The notes under the pieces were generated by a model. That model was not told where the DNA came from. It worked only from the letters and a program-made list of their open reading frames with translations, and made no database searches. Source: Squalus acanthias (Eukaryota). Taken from it: 64,000 nucleotides of DNA. The translations under genes were made by a program, and so were the position numbers. Positions 50,450 through 62,625 of this stretch are shown piece by piece. The stretch is taken from NCBI GenBank assembly GCA_030390025.1, contig CM059441.1, positions 53,196,001 to 53,260,000 on the forward strand. The letters run 5' to 3'. Each line of letters opens with the position of its first letter. Positions within the stretch are counted from its first letter, which is position 1.

Positions 50450-52079
50450 ACAATGTGTTGAATGGCCACCTCTTGTTCCTATGTAGCAGGCTAAAGGGGC
50501 TAAACAGTCTCCTCTTGTTTCTATGTTGCTATACAACAGGCCCGAGGGGCTGAATGGGCCTACTCCTGTTCCTATGCAACAGGATCAAGGAGGTGAATGG
50601 CCTCCTCTTGTTACTATGTAGCAGATTTAAGGGGCTAAATGGTCTCCTCTTGTTTCTATGTAACAGATTCAAGGGGCTAAATGGCCGAATCATGTTCCTA
50701 TGCAACAGTCACGAGATGCTTATTGGGCCTCCTCTTGTACCTTTGTAACAGGTTCAAGGAGCTAAATGGCCTCCTCCTGTTCCTATGTAACATGCTCGAG
50801 GGACTGATGAGCCTTCTCCTGTTCCTATATAACAGGCCCGAGGGGCTGAATGGACTACTCCTGTTTCTATGTTACAGGCTTGATGATTGGCCAACAGCTG
50901 TTCCTTTGTAACAGGCTCGAGGGGCTGAATGCACTAATCATGTTCCTATGTAACAGGCTCGAGGAGGCTGAATGGCCTACTCTTGTTCCTGTGCAACAGG
51001 CTCAAGGGTCTGAATGGCCTCCTCCTGTTCCTTTATAACAGTCTCGAGGGACTGAATGGGCCTCCTCCTGTTCTTATGCCACAGGCCCGAAGGGCTGAAT
51101 GGCCTGTGTAATAGGCTCAATTGGCTAAACGGCCACCTCCTGTTCCTATGTAAAAGGCTCGAGGGGCTGTATGGCCTCCTCCTGTTCTTCTGTAACAGTC
51201 TAGAGACGGTTAATTGCCTCCTCCTGTTCCTATGCAACAGCCTCGAGAGGCTGAATTTTCTGTTCCTATGCAACAGGTTCGAGGGGCTGAATGGCCTTCC
51301 CCTCTTCCAGTGTATCAGGCTCGAGGGACTGAATGGCTTCCTCCTTATCCTATGTAACAGGCTCAAAGGGATAAATGGCCACCTCCTGTTTCTATGAAAC
51401 TGGCTCGAGGAGCTAAATGGGCCTACTCCTGATCCTATGCAACAGGCTCGAGGGACTGAACAACCGCCTCCTGTTCCTATGTTATAGACTCGACGAGATG
51501 AATAGCCCTTCTCCTGTTCCTATGTTATAGACTCGACGAGATGAATAGCCCTTCTCCTGTTCCTATGCAACAGGTTCGAGGGTATGAATGGGCTCTTCTT
51601 GTTCCTATGTAGCAGGTTCAAGATGCTGAATGTGAAGCCTCCTGTTCCCATGCAACAGGTTTGAGGCTCTGAATGGATTCCTGCTGTCCTTATGCAACAG
51701 GCTCAAGGCAGCTGAATGGCCTCCTCCTGTTTCTACGTTAACAGGCTTGAGGGGCTGAATGGCCTCCTCCTTTTCCTATGTACAGGCTCGAGGGGCTGAA
51801 TGGCTTAACATGTTCCTATGCAGCAGGCTCGATGGGCTGAATAGCCTCCTCCTGTTTCTATGTAACGGGCTCAAGGGGCTGAATGGGCCTACTACTGTTC
51901 CTATGCAACAGGCTTGAGATGCTTATTGGGCCTCCTCCTGTTGCTATGTAACAGCCTCGAGAGGGCTGAATGGGCCTCCTCCTGTTCCTAAGTAAAGAAG
52001 GACTGAAATACTTGCATTTGGATAACACCTTGCATTCCTATAGGACCCTGAAATGAGCTTCCGACCGCATAACAACGAC

Positions 52080-53105
52080 CGCCTATTTCCACCTCCCTAA
52101 CATCGCCTGTCTCCGCCCTTGTCTCAGCTCATCCGCTGCTGAAATCCCCATCCATGCCTTTGTTACCTCTACCCTACGTAAACTTGAGGTCATCCAAAAC
52201 TCGGCTGCCAGTGTACTAACTCGCACCAAGTCCCGTTCGCCCATCACTCCTGTGCTCGCTGACCTACATTGGCTCCCGGTTAAGCAGCACCTCGATTTCA
52301 AAATTCTTATTGTTTTCAAATTCCTCCATGGCCTCGCCCCTCCCTATCTCTGTAATCTCCTTAAGCCCCACAACCCCCAGCCTCTCCTTAAGCACCACAA
52401 CACTGCCCCCCCCCCACACAAGATATCTGTTCTCCTCTAATTCTGCCCTCTTGAGTATCCCTCATTATAATCGCTCAGCCATTGGTGTCTGTGCCTTCTG
52501 TTGCCTCGGCTCTAAGCTCTGGAATTCCCTGCCTAAGCCTCTCTGCCTCGCTCCCTCTCTTTCCTCCTTTAAGACGCTTCTTAAAACCTACCTCATTGAC
52601 TGAAGTAATTAAATTTTATATTTAATATTATTAAGTGTTAGTTATACGACCGAGATAAAGGGGAAATGTGTATTCAGTAAGTAAAGTATGTAATGTGGGA
52701 ATCGTAAAATGGCTGACTGCTAAAAGCCGTTGGGAAAGTCTCACAGTCACTGATAACAGAAATCTGCTTGCTTTGCAGAAGTAACTTGAGCCTGCTACGA
52801 AAACAGGGACTGTTACCTCAAGAAAACATATTACTGAACAAACCATCTGGCCAGAGACAAAGGGCTGTGCCTTCTGTTGCCTCGGCTCGAAGCTCTGGAA
52901 TTCCCTGCCTAAACCTCTCTGCCTCGCTCCCTCTCTTTCCTCCTTTAAGACGCTTCTTAAAACCTACCTCGTTGACCAAGCTTTTGGTCACCTGCCCTAA
53001 TTTCTCTTTACGTGGCTCGGTGTCAAATTTTTTGTCTTATAATATTCCTGTGCAACACCTTGGGACGTTTTACTACATAAAAGGTGCCATACAAATTGTT
53101 GTTGT
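52080..53105 (+). mobile_element. L2-type LINE 3' fragment with an internal 112-bp direct duplication
   Basis: KLEVIQNSAA..LT...PITPVLADLHWLPVKQHLDFKIL; LWNSLP; FKTLLKTYL; tail ending ttgttgttgt. Confidence 0.85.
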
Positions 53106-53535
53106 CGCACCTTTCACGACCACTGGATGTCCCAAAGCGCATTCCAGCCAATGAAGTACTTTTTGAAGTTTAGTCACTGTTTTAATGTAGGAAACGTAGC
53201 AGACAATTTGCGCACAGCAAGCTCCCATTAACGGCCATGTGATAATAACCAGATTATCTGTTTTAGTGATGTTGATTGAGGGATAAATACTGGCCCGGAC
53301 ACCGGGATAACTCCCCTGCTCTCCTTCGAAATAGTGCCATGGGATCTTTTACCGCCACCTGAGAGAGCAGACGGCCCTCGGTTTAACGTCTCCTAATAAA
53401 GACGGCACCTTGGACAGTGCAGCACTCCCTCAGCACTGCAGTGGACTCTCAGCCTAGATTTTCCTGCTCAAGTCCCTGGAGTGAGACTCGAGCCCACAAC
53501 CTTCTGCCTCAGAGGCGAGGCTGCTGCCCACTGAG
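53106..53535 (-). mobile_element. SacSINE1-like tRNA-derived DeuSINE
   Basis: Deu core in reverse complement (gacggcacc..gacagtgcagcactccctcagcactgca; cctcggtttaacgtctc), tRNA-like head and L2-like tail. Confidence 0.85.
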
Positions 53536-53619
53536 GCAGGGCTGGAACAGGCTCCAGGGGCTAAACGGCTTCCTGCTGTTCCTGTGAGGCAACTAAAGTG
53601 TCGGCAAAAGCCAGAAATC

Positions 53620-54070
53620 TGTGAGGATCTGCAGTTTGCCGGATGTTCGATGCTGAAGCAGACAACGGAAACTCTGTCCCCCTGAGCTGCGCGCGCGGCC
53701 GCGCACTGAAACAAAGGGTCCGCACGCGCGCTCCCGCGGCTCACCGAAGCTTCGCGCCGGGGCCGCTGGCTCGAGGCCGGCAGCTGCGCGGTAACCGACC
53801 CTCACTGGCAGCCGTCTGATTGGCAGGCCTGGCCAGCCACTGAGGTGTGTCTGCAGGCTTTCTCATCCAGGCTTTATGGCCAATCACTGCAAAGAGAAGG
53901 CGGGACCCTCGCGACGCACGTCAGTGGCTGGACTCGCCTGCCAATCACACCGGCCTGCCAATCAGACGGCGAGCAGTGAGGTGCGGTTACCGCCCAGCTG
54001 CCGCCTCCAATCAGACAGTCAAAGAAAGGCCAGTCAGTCAGTACCCCAGCAACCCGAGTGCTGTCAGCAC
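53620..54070. promoter_or_regulatory. CpG island with clustered CCAAT boxes; candidate promoter, possibly bidirectional
   Basis: Dense CpG; CCAAT/ATTGG at 53819, 53880, 53941, 53958 and 54007; CRE-like cacgtca at 53917; GCGC runs resembling NRF1 sites; splice donors on both sides. Confidence 0.7.
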
Positions 54071-54644
54071 GCAATTATGGCCAGGAACAAGCGCAGTGCT
54101 AAGTTAAAGAAACATTATTTTGCTAATCTGCAGGGCTATCGGCCACACTGGTAAGTCTCCTGGAAGTCCTTTGCAGAGGCCAGAAATTGTATCAGGACGT
54201 GGATCCAACAGATTGAAACTAGTTTGTTGGTAGTTTCTGTGGGGACTTGTTTGAGACACAACTTCCATCTGCCCCAAAAATGGCCCCTGATGTCAGGAAT
54301 TTCCTCATTCTCAGCCTGGTTTATGCAAAGCAGCCAGTATACCTGCATTAACCAGCCAAACAAGCCATGAGCCTGAGGGCCCAGGCATGAGTGTTAGCCA
54401 GAAATGCAAGCATTACCAGAACATCAGTCCCCCTTTACAAGGGACCCGATTGGCCCTTTTTAAAAATAACCATTGTGCCAGTGATGTCAGTGATTCTGCA
54501 GTACTTACCCCAAATATAACTGCTACCCTTTGTTTATAGCTCACATGCTTTTGCATCAACTGTTTGATTTGACACCAGTTTTTGGGCCATTCACTTTGGG
54601 CCCCAATTTTAACATGCAGAGGCTGAAACACTTTGCTTAAAAAT

Positions 54645-55235
54645 CATAAGAATTAGGAGCAGGAGTTGGCCATACGGTCCTCAGAGCCTGCTCCACCATT
54701 CAATGAGATCATGGCTCATCTTCGACCTCAACTCCACTTTCCTGCCCTATCCCCATATCCCTCGATTCCCTTAGAATCCACAAATCTATCTATCTCAGCC
54801 TTGAATATATTCAATGACTGAGCATCCACAGCCCTCTGGGATAGAGAATTCCAAAGATTCACAACCCTTTGAGTAAAGAAAATCTTCCTCATCTCAGTAC
54901 TAAATGGCTGCTCCCTTATCCTGAGACTTTGACTCCTGTTTCTAGACTCTCCAGCCAGGGGAAACAGCCTCTCAGCATCTACTCTGTCAATCCCCTTCAG
55001 AATCTTTTATGTTTCAATGCAATTACCTCTCATTCTCCTGAACTCCGGAGAGTATAGGCCCAATCTAATCAATCTCTCCTCATAGGACAATCCTCTTGCC
55101 CCATGGATCAATCTAGTTGCACTGCCTCGGAGGCAAGTTTATCCTTCCTCGGATAAGGCGACCAAAACTGTGTACAGTATCCAGATGTGGTCTCGCCAAA
55201 GCCCTGTACAATCGTAGTAAGGCTTCCTTACTCTT
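54645..55235 (-). mobile_element. Degenerate CR1 3' fragment
   Basis: cataagaattaggagcaggagttggccat tail; homologous to 17330-17935. Confidence 0.9.
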
Positions 55236-55984
55236 AAGAGCAGGGATTAATATTGTGGAGAATATTTGAGAGCAAAGCATTAGAAGCGAAATTTGTAAGT
55301 TAACATCTTTACGTCACCATACTAGTAAACATTTCCAAGTCAGTCTGATTGGTTCTTCTGTCCATGAAGAAAGATGAATATTTATTTCTGTTAAATCATA
55401 GCTTTTCCTGCTTTTTGTTTTAAATTCAGAAAGACAAATTGTGTATGTGTTTTTCTGCACTTGTGAATAAGTGCTGCATTTCTGATGTGCTGCATGGGAG
55501 GTGGGCTAGTTCAAGAAGACAACGTTTATTAATGGAAGTGATTGAAGTTGAAAATACCCGTTTTTGTTCAATTCTTTTTAATACTGTGAACTGAAGAACT
55601 ACAGCAGTTTATATGTGTTGGGTGTCTGGTTTGATTGTGAATAATCTAATTACTTATGTGGACGTCCAGCACGTCAGCACCATAGGAAAGCTGCTGCTCC
55701 TGCTGCTTGTGCAGTCACTGCTACAGTGACATGAGGGATGGGCTAATTCATTGAAAACTTCAAAATGAATACAAATTGCACGAATAGATATGCTTCTTAC
55801 AGCTCACATTGGGCTTTTGGATTGTTTGTCGATGCACAACCGTGTAACTGAGTAACACTTCAGAAACGTCAATGCATTTTTATGCAGTTCTTTTATAACC
55901 CAGTCATTTCGGACAAGTAATTTTTTTTAAATAGAGTTTGTAAATGTTTGTAACAGCTTTTAATTAATTCAACTGTAAACAAAC

Positions 55985-56265
55985 TTGCAGAATGGGCATG
56001 TAAATGACAAATTAATTTCAATATAGATAAGTGTGAGGTGGTGCATTTTGGAAGGAGGAATAAGGAGGCCACCTACTCCTTGGAAAATAAGAATCTAAAT
56101 GGAGTAGAACTGCAAATGGATCAAGGGGGAAAGATTCACAAATCATTAAAAGTAGCAACCCAGGTTAACAAAGCCATGAAAGTGCAAATAAAGCACTGGG
56201 GTTAATTTCTAGAGGAATGGGATTCAAAAGCAGAGAAGTTATGTTAAACTTGTATAGAACCTTGT
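55985..56265 (+). mobile_element. Old CR1 ORF2 fragment
   Basis: ttcaatatagataagtgtgaggtggtgcattttgga (FNIDKCEVVHFG). Confidence 0.8.
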
Positions 56266-56529
56266 CTGATTGTATCATGATTTGAGACGGTGAGGTGGCA
56301 ATATGGCATTACTGTATACATGCTTTTAAGTGGTTGCTGTTACTGCTGTTGTTGTGCTAACATTTGCCCACGGCCAAAAAGGTTGCGCTCAAAGGAGTTC
56401 GTGGTCCGCTCAGTACAAAAAGAAATTAGAATGTAAACCCACAGATCTCAACAACAGGAGAAACAATAACAGTCCTTGTTGTAATGAGCTCACTGTGCTC
56501 ATTTCACACATTGTAAAATCCCTCTCGTC

Positions 56530-56972
56530 CATTTTACACCCTCGCCACCAACCAGTGAGGCGCCTAGTCTCTGGTGGAACATCCGGACATCTGCCTCCCA
56601 GTGCACTTCCAGATCACTGAAGAGCAAGTGGTCAGATCGGGAGTAAAGCTCTTACTATTCTGCTTCGGGAATGTTCCTTAACTTCACCCAACCGAGAAGG
56701 ACAAGGGCAGCAGGCGCACGGGAACAACATCACCTCCAAGTTCCCCTCCGAGTCGCGCACGCACCATTCCAACTTGGTGATATATCAGCCGTTCCTTCGT
56801 CGCTGGGTCAAAATCCCGGAACTCCCTACCTAACGGCTCTATGGGAGCACCTTCATCACACGGACTCCAGCGGTTCAAGAAGAAGGCCCACCACCACCTT
56901 CTCAACTAGTGATGGGCAATAAATGCCGGCCTTGCCAGCGACGTCCACATCCCGAGAATGAATTGAAGAAAA
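56530..56972 (+). mobile_element. Composite SINE-like element: unique head plus family B tail (copy 2)
   Basis: Homologous to 11300-11762 across the head-tail junction; ends gaatgaattgaagaaaaa. Confidence 0.75.
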
Positions 56973-57789
56973 ACCCAAGAAGAGCAATCTTGTCTTGTGC
57001 CAACCCAATTGTATTGGCGTCACAATCAATCTTTGTGACCTCTCGGAGGCAAGTCGCCAATTGGAGCCACTCGATGCCCAAATGGGGACTGTTGTGTATG
57101 GATTTAATGTCATCAGTAACCTCGTGGATAGAAATTCTGCTTCACCACTCCTGGTGCACTCCAGGAGTGCTCTGTTTCCAATGTTGCGCACACGAAGCAA
57201 ACATAGAAGGTTTTCCCGAGCTTTATTCTCAACTCGATTGGACATCTATCCATTCCCGTGATATTCTGCTACAATAGCCACCCTGTTTCTGTGTACATCT
57301 TAGTTACATTAGTATTCTCCTGCTCTTCAGGCAGTGACTGATGTTTCGGTCCAGTTCCACAGTTGCAGCAGCGCACGGTGCCTAAACCAGGCAGCCAAAC
57401 TACACGTGTCGGCGGACAAACTGGCTGTTTGACCATGAAGGGCAGCACCTCTGAACCCAAATCTGTCTTCACTCAACCCACGTTTAACAGAGGGATTCAC
57501 CGGTTACAGATTAAGAGCAGGAGTGTTACTATTTCCCACTCCTTGACCCAAGCACCTGGTTGAGGTTATTTAACCTAACACAGACCAGAACCAGGATCTA
57601 GGCCCTTGGCCTCTGTATTCTGTTTCATACAACATGGTTCCACCCATCCACTGAGCCATGAGGGTCGATGCTAATTGTACTTTCAAAGACTGAAATACTA
57701 AAATAGTTGTTTATTGTAGCTGTAGTTCATTTATGTAATCAAAGCTGTTTCATTCATTTTTGATATTAAAAAATCTTACATCTGCAAGC

Positions 57790-57976
57790 AATACCATGTT
57801 GAACACCACTTGGAAGAAGCACTGAGAGTAGCAAGGGCACAGAATGTACTCTGGGTGGGGGAATTCAATGTCCATCACCAACTGTGGCTCGGTAGCACCA
57901 CCACTGACCGAGCTGGCCGAGTCCTGAAGGTCATAACTGCCAGTCTGGGCCTGCGACAGGTGGTGAGAGAACCAAC
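57790..57976 (+). mobile_element. Family B AP-endonuclease fragment
   Basis: LEEALRVARAQNVLWVGEFNVHH...LRQVVREPT (GDFN-type motif). Confidence 0.85.
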
Positions 57977-58156
57977 ATGCAGTTTTCGTAAATGTCATGA
58001 TTTTGATATCGATTAATGCGGCGATTAGATTTGATTACCTGGTCCTCCTCCTCTTTCTTCTGTAATAGAAAAGAAAATGAGCAGAGTGACAATCAGCATC
58101 ATCTGTATTTGGTATCTTTGAATCCAATTAGAAAATTCCACCCCCAATTGGTGCCA

Positions 58157-58593
58157 TTGATTATTGATATTGAACAGTGTTGGGTTTGATTATTGATATT
58201 GAACAGTGTTGGGTTTGATTATTGATATTGAACAGTGTTGGGTTTGATTATTGATATTGAACAGTGTTGGGTTTGATTATTGATATTGAACAGTGTTGGG
58301 TTTGATTATTGATATTGAACAGTGTTGGGTTTGATTATTGATATTGAATGGGTTTGATTATTGATATTGAACAGTGTTGGGTTTGATTATTGATATTGAA
58401 CAGTGTTGGGTTTGATTATTGATATTGAACAGTGTTGGGTTTGATTATTGATATTGAACAGTGTTGGGTTTGATTATTGATATTGAACAGTGTTGGGTTT
58501 GATTATTGATATTGAACAGTGTTGGGTTTGATTATTGATATTGAACAGTGTTGGGTTTGATTGTTGATATTGAACAGTGTTGGGTTTGATTAT
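58157..58593. repeat. 29-bp minisatellite, ~15 near-perfect copies
   Basis: (ttgattattgatattgaacagtgttgggt)n, with one unit carrying a 7-bp deletion and one an a>g change. Confidence 0.97.
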
Positions 58594-58607
58594 GTGATTT
58601 ATCCCTG

Positions 58608-59082
58608 TCAGCCTTGGCTCTTTGGTTTTCGCTCTCTCTCTCTCACCTCAGAATCAGAATGTCATGAATTCAGTTTCCATTCCAGAGGCTTGAGCACAAA
58701 AGTCTAGGCTGACACTCCAGTGTAGTGCTGAGGGAGTGCTACACTGTCGAAGGTGCCATTTTTCGAATGTGATGTTAAACCGAGGCCCCGTCTGCCCTCT
58801 CAGGTGGACGGAAAAGTACTTGAGGCACTATTTCGAAGAAGAGCAGGGGAGCTCACCCCGGTCTCCTGGGCCAATATTTATCCCTCAACCAACATCAAGA
58901 ACAGATTGTCTGGCCATTTATCATACTGCTGTTTATGGGAGTCTGCTGTGTCCAAATTGGCTGCTGCGTTTCCTACATCACAATCGTGACTACACTTCAA
59001 AAGCACTTCATTGGCTGTAAAGCGCTTTGGGATGTCGAAAGGTGGTGAAAGGAGCAGTGTATCAATGGGAGTTCTTTCTTTC
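58608..59082 (+). mobile_element. SacSINE1-like DeuSINE
   Basis: gtgctgagggagtgctacactgtcgaaggtgccatttttcg..gttaaaccgaggccccgtctgccctctcaggtgg; tail ttggctgtaaagcgctttgggatg. Confidence 0.85.
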
Positions 59083-59149
59083 GGTTTCTGTTGGTACCAA
59101 GCAGTGTCAGGTTCGATTACGTGTGTTTAACGTGCTTACGTTGTTTTTT

Positions 59150-60105
59150 GGACTGGAGGAAGGTATACAGTGGTGTTCCCCAGGGGTCGGTACCTGGACC
59201 ACTGCTTTTCTTGATATATATTAATGACTTGGAGTTGGGAGTACAGGGCACAATTTCAAAATTTGCAGATGATACAAAACTTGGAAGTATAGTAAACAGT
59301 AAGGAGGATAGTGATAGGCTTCAAGAAGACATAGACAAGTTTGTGAAATGGGTGTACACGTGGCAGATGAAATTTAATGCAGAAAAGTGTGAAGTGATAG
59401 ATTTGGTAGGAAGAAAGAGGAGAGGCAAGATAAAGTAAAGGGTACAATCCTAAAGGGGATGCATGAACTGAGAGACCTCGGGGTATATGTGCACGAATCG
59501 TTAAAGGTGGCAGGGTAGGTTGAGAACGCGTTTGAAAAAGCTTACAAGATACTGGGCTTCATAAATAGAGGAATAGAGTACAACATCAAGGAGGTTCTGA
59601 TGAAACTTTATAAAACATTGGTCTGACCTCAACTGGAGTATTGTGTCCAATTCTGGGCACCGCAACTTAGGAAGGATCTGAAAGCCTTCGAGACGTTGCA
59701 GAAAAGACTTACGAGAACGATTCAAGGATGAGGGACTTCAGTTGCGTGGATAGACTAGAGAAGCTGGGGTTGTTCTCCTTAGAGCAGAGAAGGTTGAGAG
59801 GAGATATGATAGAGGAGTTCAAAATCACGAGGGGTCTAGACAGAGTTGATAGAGAGAAACAGTTCCGATTGGTGGAAGGGTCGAGAACTGGAGGAATCAT
59901 ATTAAAGGTGATTGGCAAAAGAACCAAAGGCGACATGAAGAAAAACTTTTTTACACAGCGAGTGATTAGGATCTGGAAGGCACTGCCTGAAAGGGTGGTG
60001 GAGGCAGATTTAATCGTGGCTTTCGACAGGGAATTGGATAAGTACCTGAAGGAGAATAAAATTGCAGGGCTACAGGGAAAGGGCCGGGGAGTGATTCTAT
60101 GATTG
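59150..60105 (+). mobile_element. Degenerate CR1 ORF2 (RT and C-terminus)
   Basis: SGVPQGSVPGPLLFLIYINDL, KFADDTKLG, LGLFSLEQRRLRGD, FFTQRV. Confidence 0.93.
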
Positions 60106-60289
60106 TATGATAATGTGTGATTTCTGATGCCGTATCTAGAGAGGTGGGAAGGCGCCACACAATCGTACGTCTTTCTTTGGCTGTAAAGTGCTTTGGGACG
60201 TCCTGAGGTGGTGTATTAAAGGGAGTTGGCGCCTTGTACTCTGTCTATGTGACGAAGGATTAATTGCGACTCTATGAAAAACAATAATA

Positions 60290-61270
60290 AGAATAAAACC
60301 GGACGGACTACCCGGCATCGACCTCGGCCCTCGACATGACAAAGGCACACCCAGCCCAGTTGACCCTGCAAAGTCCTTCTCACTAACATCTGGGGACTTT
60401 TGCCAAAATTGGGAAAACTGTCCACAGTCTAGTCAAGGAACAACCTGACGTAGTCAAACTCATGGAATCATACCTTTCAGCAAACATCCCAGAATCCTCC
60501 ATCACCTTCCCTGGGTATGTCCTGTCCCACCGGCAGGACAGATCCACCAGAGGTGGCAGCACAGTGGGAAACAGTCGGGAGGGAGCGGCCCTGGGGGTAC
60601 TCAACGTTGACTCCGGACCCCATGAAGTCTCATGGCATCAGGTCAAACATGGGCAAGGAAACCTCCTGCTGATTACCAGCTACCGCCCTGCTTCAGCTAA
60701 TGAATCAGTACCCCTCATGCTGAACACCACTTGGAAGAAGCACTGAGGGTAGCAAGGGCACAGAATGTACTCTGGGTGGGGGACTTCAATGCCCATCACC
60801 AAGAGTGGCTCACTAGCACCAATACTGACTGAGCTGGCCAAGTCATCCAGGACAAAGCAAAGGATTGGCACCCCATCCACCACCTTAAACATTCACTCCC
60901 TCCACCATCGGCGCACCGTGGCTGCAGTGTGTACCATCTTCAAGATACATTGCAGGAGCTCACCAAGGCTTCTTCGTCAGCACCTCGAAAACCCGCGACC
61001 TCTACCACCTAGAAGGACAAGTGCAGCAGGCGGATGGGAACACCATCACCTCCAAGTCACACACCATCCTGACTTGGAACTATGTCACCATTCCTTCATT
61101 GTTGCTGTGTCAAAATCCTGGAAGTCCCTCGCTATCAGCACTGTGGGAGTACCTTCACCACGCGGACTGAAGCGGTTCAGGAAGGCAGCTCGCCACCAAC
61201 TTCTCAAAGGCAATTAGGGATAGGCAATAAAGGTGGGCCTTGCTAGTGTCGCTCATATCCCATGAACGGA
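60290..61270 (+). mobile_element. Internally deleted family B LINE (endonuclease N-terminus fused to the 3' end)
   Basis: ESYLS..ITFPGYVLSHRQDRSTRGGS and ggggacttcaat (GDFN), then a jump at ~60843 to catccaggacaaagc and the 3' UTR with aataaa. Confidence 0.88.
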
Positions 61271-61754
61271 AGGAAAACGTCACTCAAGTAGACAGTTGTT
61301 ATCTGGGCCATTTTGGGCAGTGCAGGGAGCATTTTAGCGTATTTCTCCCTCTTCTGTTTTGGACTCATCGACCGTATTTCAGACTGGTCCTCTGACACTG
61401 GCGCTTCTGCCCTATCGTCTCATTTCCAGCTGGTCTAACAACATATTTTAAGACAAACTTACAAGCACCGGAAATAATGAAAGATTCTGGTTGGAATGAC
61501 TGGAATTGACGGCTGATTATAATCTTTGGACCGCATTTTAACCATTGTACCTGGCACACTGTCTGAAATCTAGCCCATTTTATCACTTCAAAAGCGAGCT
61601 GAGGATAATGAACATGGTTAACTGTGAAGAGGGCTTTTGGGACTTCAGAAGAACAGAGACAGACTGGGAGATTGGGCAGAGGGATGACATTTAATGCAGA
61701 GAAGTGTGAGGTGATACATTTTAGGAGGAGTAATAAGGAGAGGAAACAGGGGCT

Positions 61755-62272
61755 AAATCATAGTATCTTACAGCACAGAAGGAGCCCATTTGGCCCATCG
61801 TGCTTGTGCCGCCTCTTTGAACAAGCTATCTAATTAGTCCCACTCCCTGCTCTGTCCCCATAGCCCTGCAAATTTCTTCCCTTCAAGTATTTGTCCAATT
61901 CCCTTTTGAAAGTTACTATTGAATCTGCTTCCACCGCCCTTTCAAGCAGCGCATTCCAGATCACAACTCGCTGTGTAAAAAACAATTCTCCTCATTTTCC
62001 CCTCTGGTTCTTTAGCCAATTATCATAAGTCAGTGTCCTCTGGTTTCCGGCCGTCCTGCCAGTGGGAACAATTTCTCCTTATTGACTCGATCAAAACCAT
62101 TGAGGATTTTTAACACCTTGAGGAAATCTCCTCTTAACCTTCTCTGTTACAAGGAGAACAATTCCAACTTCTCTATTTTCTCTACATAACTGAAGTCCCT
62201 CATCCCTGGAACCATTCTGGTAAATCTCCTCTGCACCCTCTCCAAGGCCTTGATAGCCTTCCTAAAGTGTAA
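61755..62272 (-). mobile_element. Degenerate CR1 3' fragment
   Basis: atcatag..tacagcacagaagg..ccatttggcccatcg tail; ctcctcttaaccttctctg; tccctcatccctggaaccattctggtaaatctcctctgcaccctctcc. Confidence 0.85.
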
Positions 62273-62625
62273 TGGTTTAACAGGAGTAGAGGAACAGAGA
62301 AACTTAGTGATTCTGAAATAGGCACATGTTCAAAAGTGGGTGGACAAGCTGTAAGAGAAAAACTTTTGGTGGCAGATATCTAACTTGCTGCATCAAGAAT
62401 CGTAAATCAGGCGGTTTCCATAATGGGCAACTGATCCCAAAGAGTGGCGAGGGAGTTCTCCCCGGTGACCTGGGGCCGATAAATATCCCTCAACCAACAT
62501 CGCTCAAAAAAAAATGAGATTATCTGGTCATTGCTGTTTGTGGGATCTTGCCATGTGCAAATGTGGCGATCCCATTACCACAGTGACCATCCTTCAACAA
62601 AAAAGTACTTAGTTGGCTGTGAAGT

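Larger units (their letters stand above)
19418..51995 (+). repeat. Main 42-bp satellite array (~32.6 kb including insertions) with higher-order repeats
   Basis: Continuous head-to-tail degenerate monomers of 39-43 bp in one orientation; diagnostic variant monomers recur in multi-kb blocks. Confidence 0.98.

Noticed and set aside
19418-51995. Many ORFs with LEGLNGLLLFLCNR (LRR- or membrane-like) or antisense RNRRRPFSPSSLLH (protamine/SR-like) repeats
   Set aside because: A by-product of a 42-bp (3n) monomer; frequent 41/43-bp units and stops break the frames, so there is no sign of coding selection.
19418-51995. CRISPR-like appearance of regularly spaced repeats
   Set aside because: Monomers are head-to-tail with no unique spacers, there are no cas genes, and the context is vertebrate.
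56856-57563. Overlapping 66-129 aa ORFs in apparently unique sequence
   Set aside because: No recognisable domain; some begin within repeat sequence; no convincing exon structure.
58157-58593. 29-bp repeat as a CRISPR array or telomeric repeat
   Set aside because: No spacers; ttgggt is only part of a longer unit and there is no (TTAGGG)n array.
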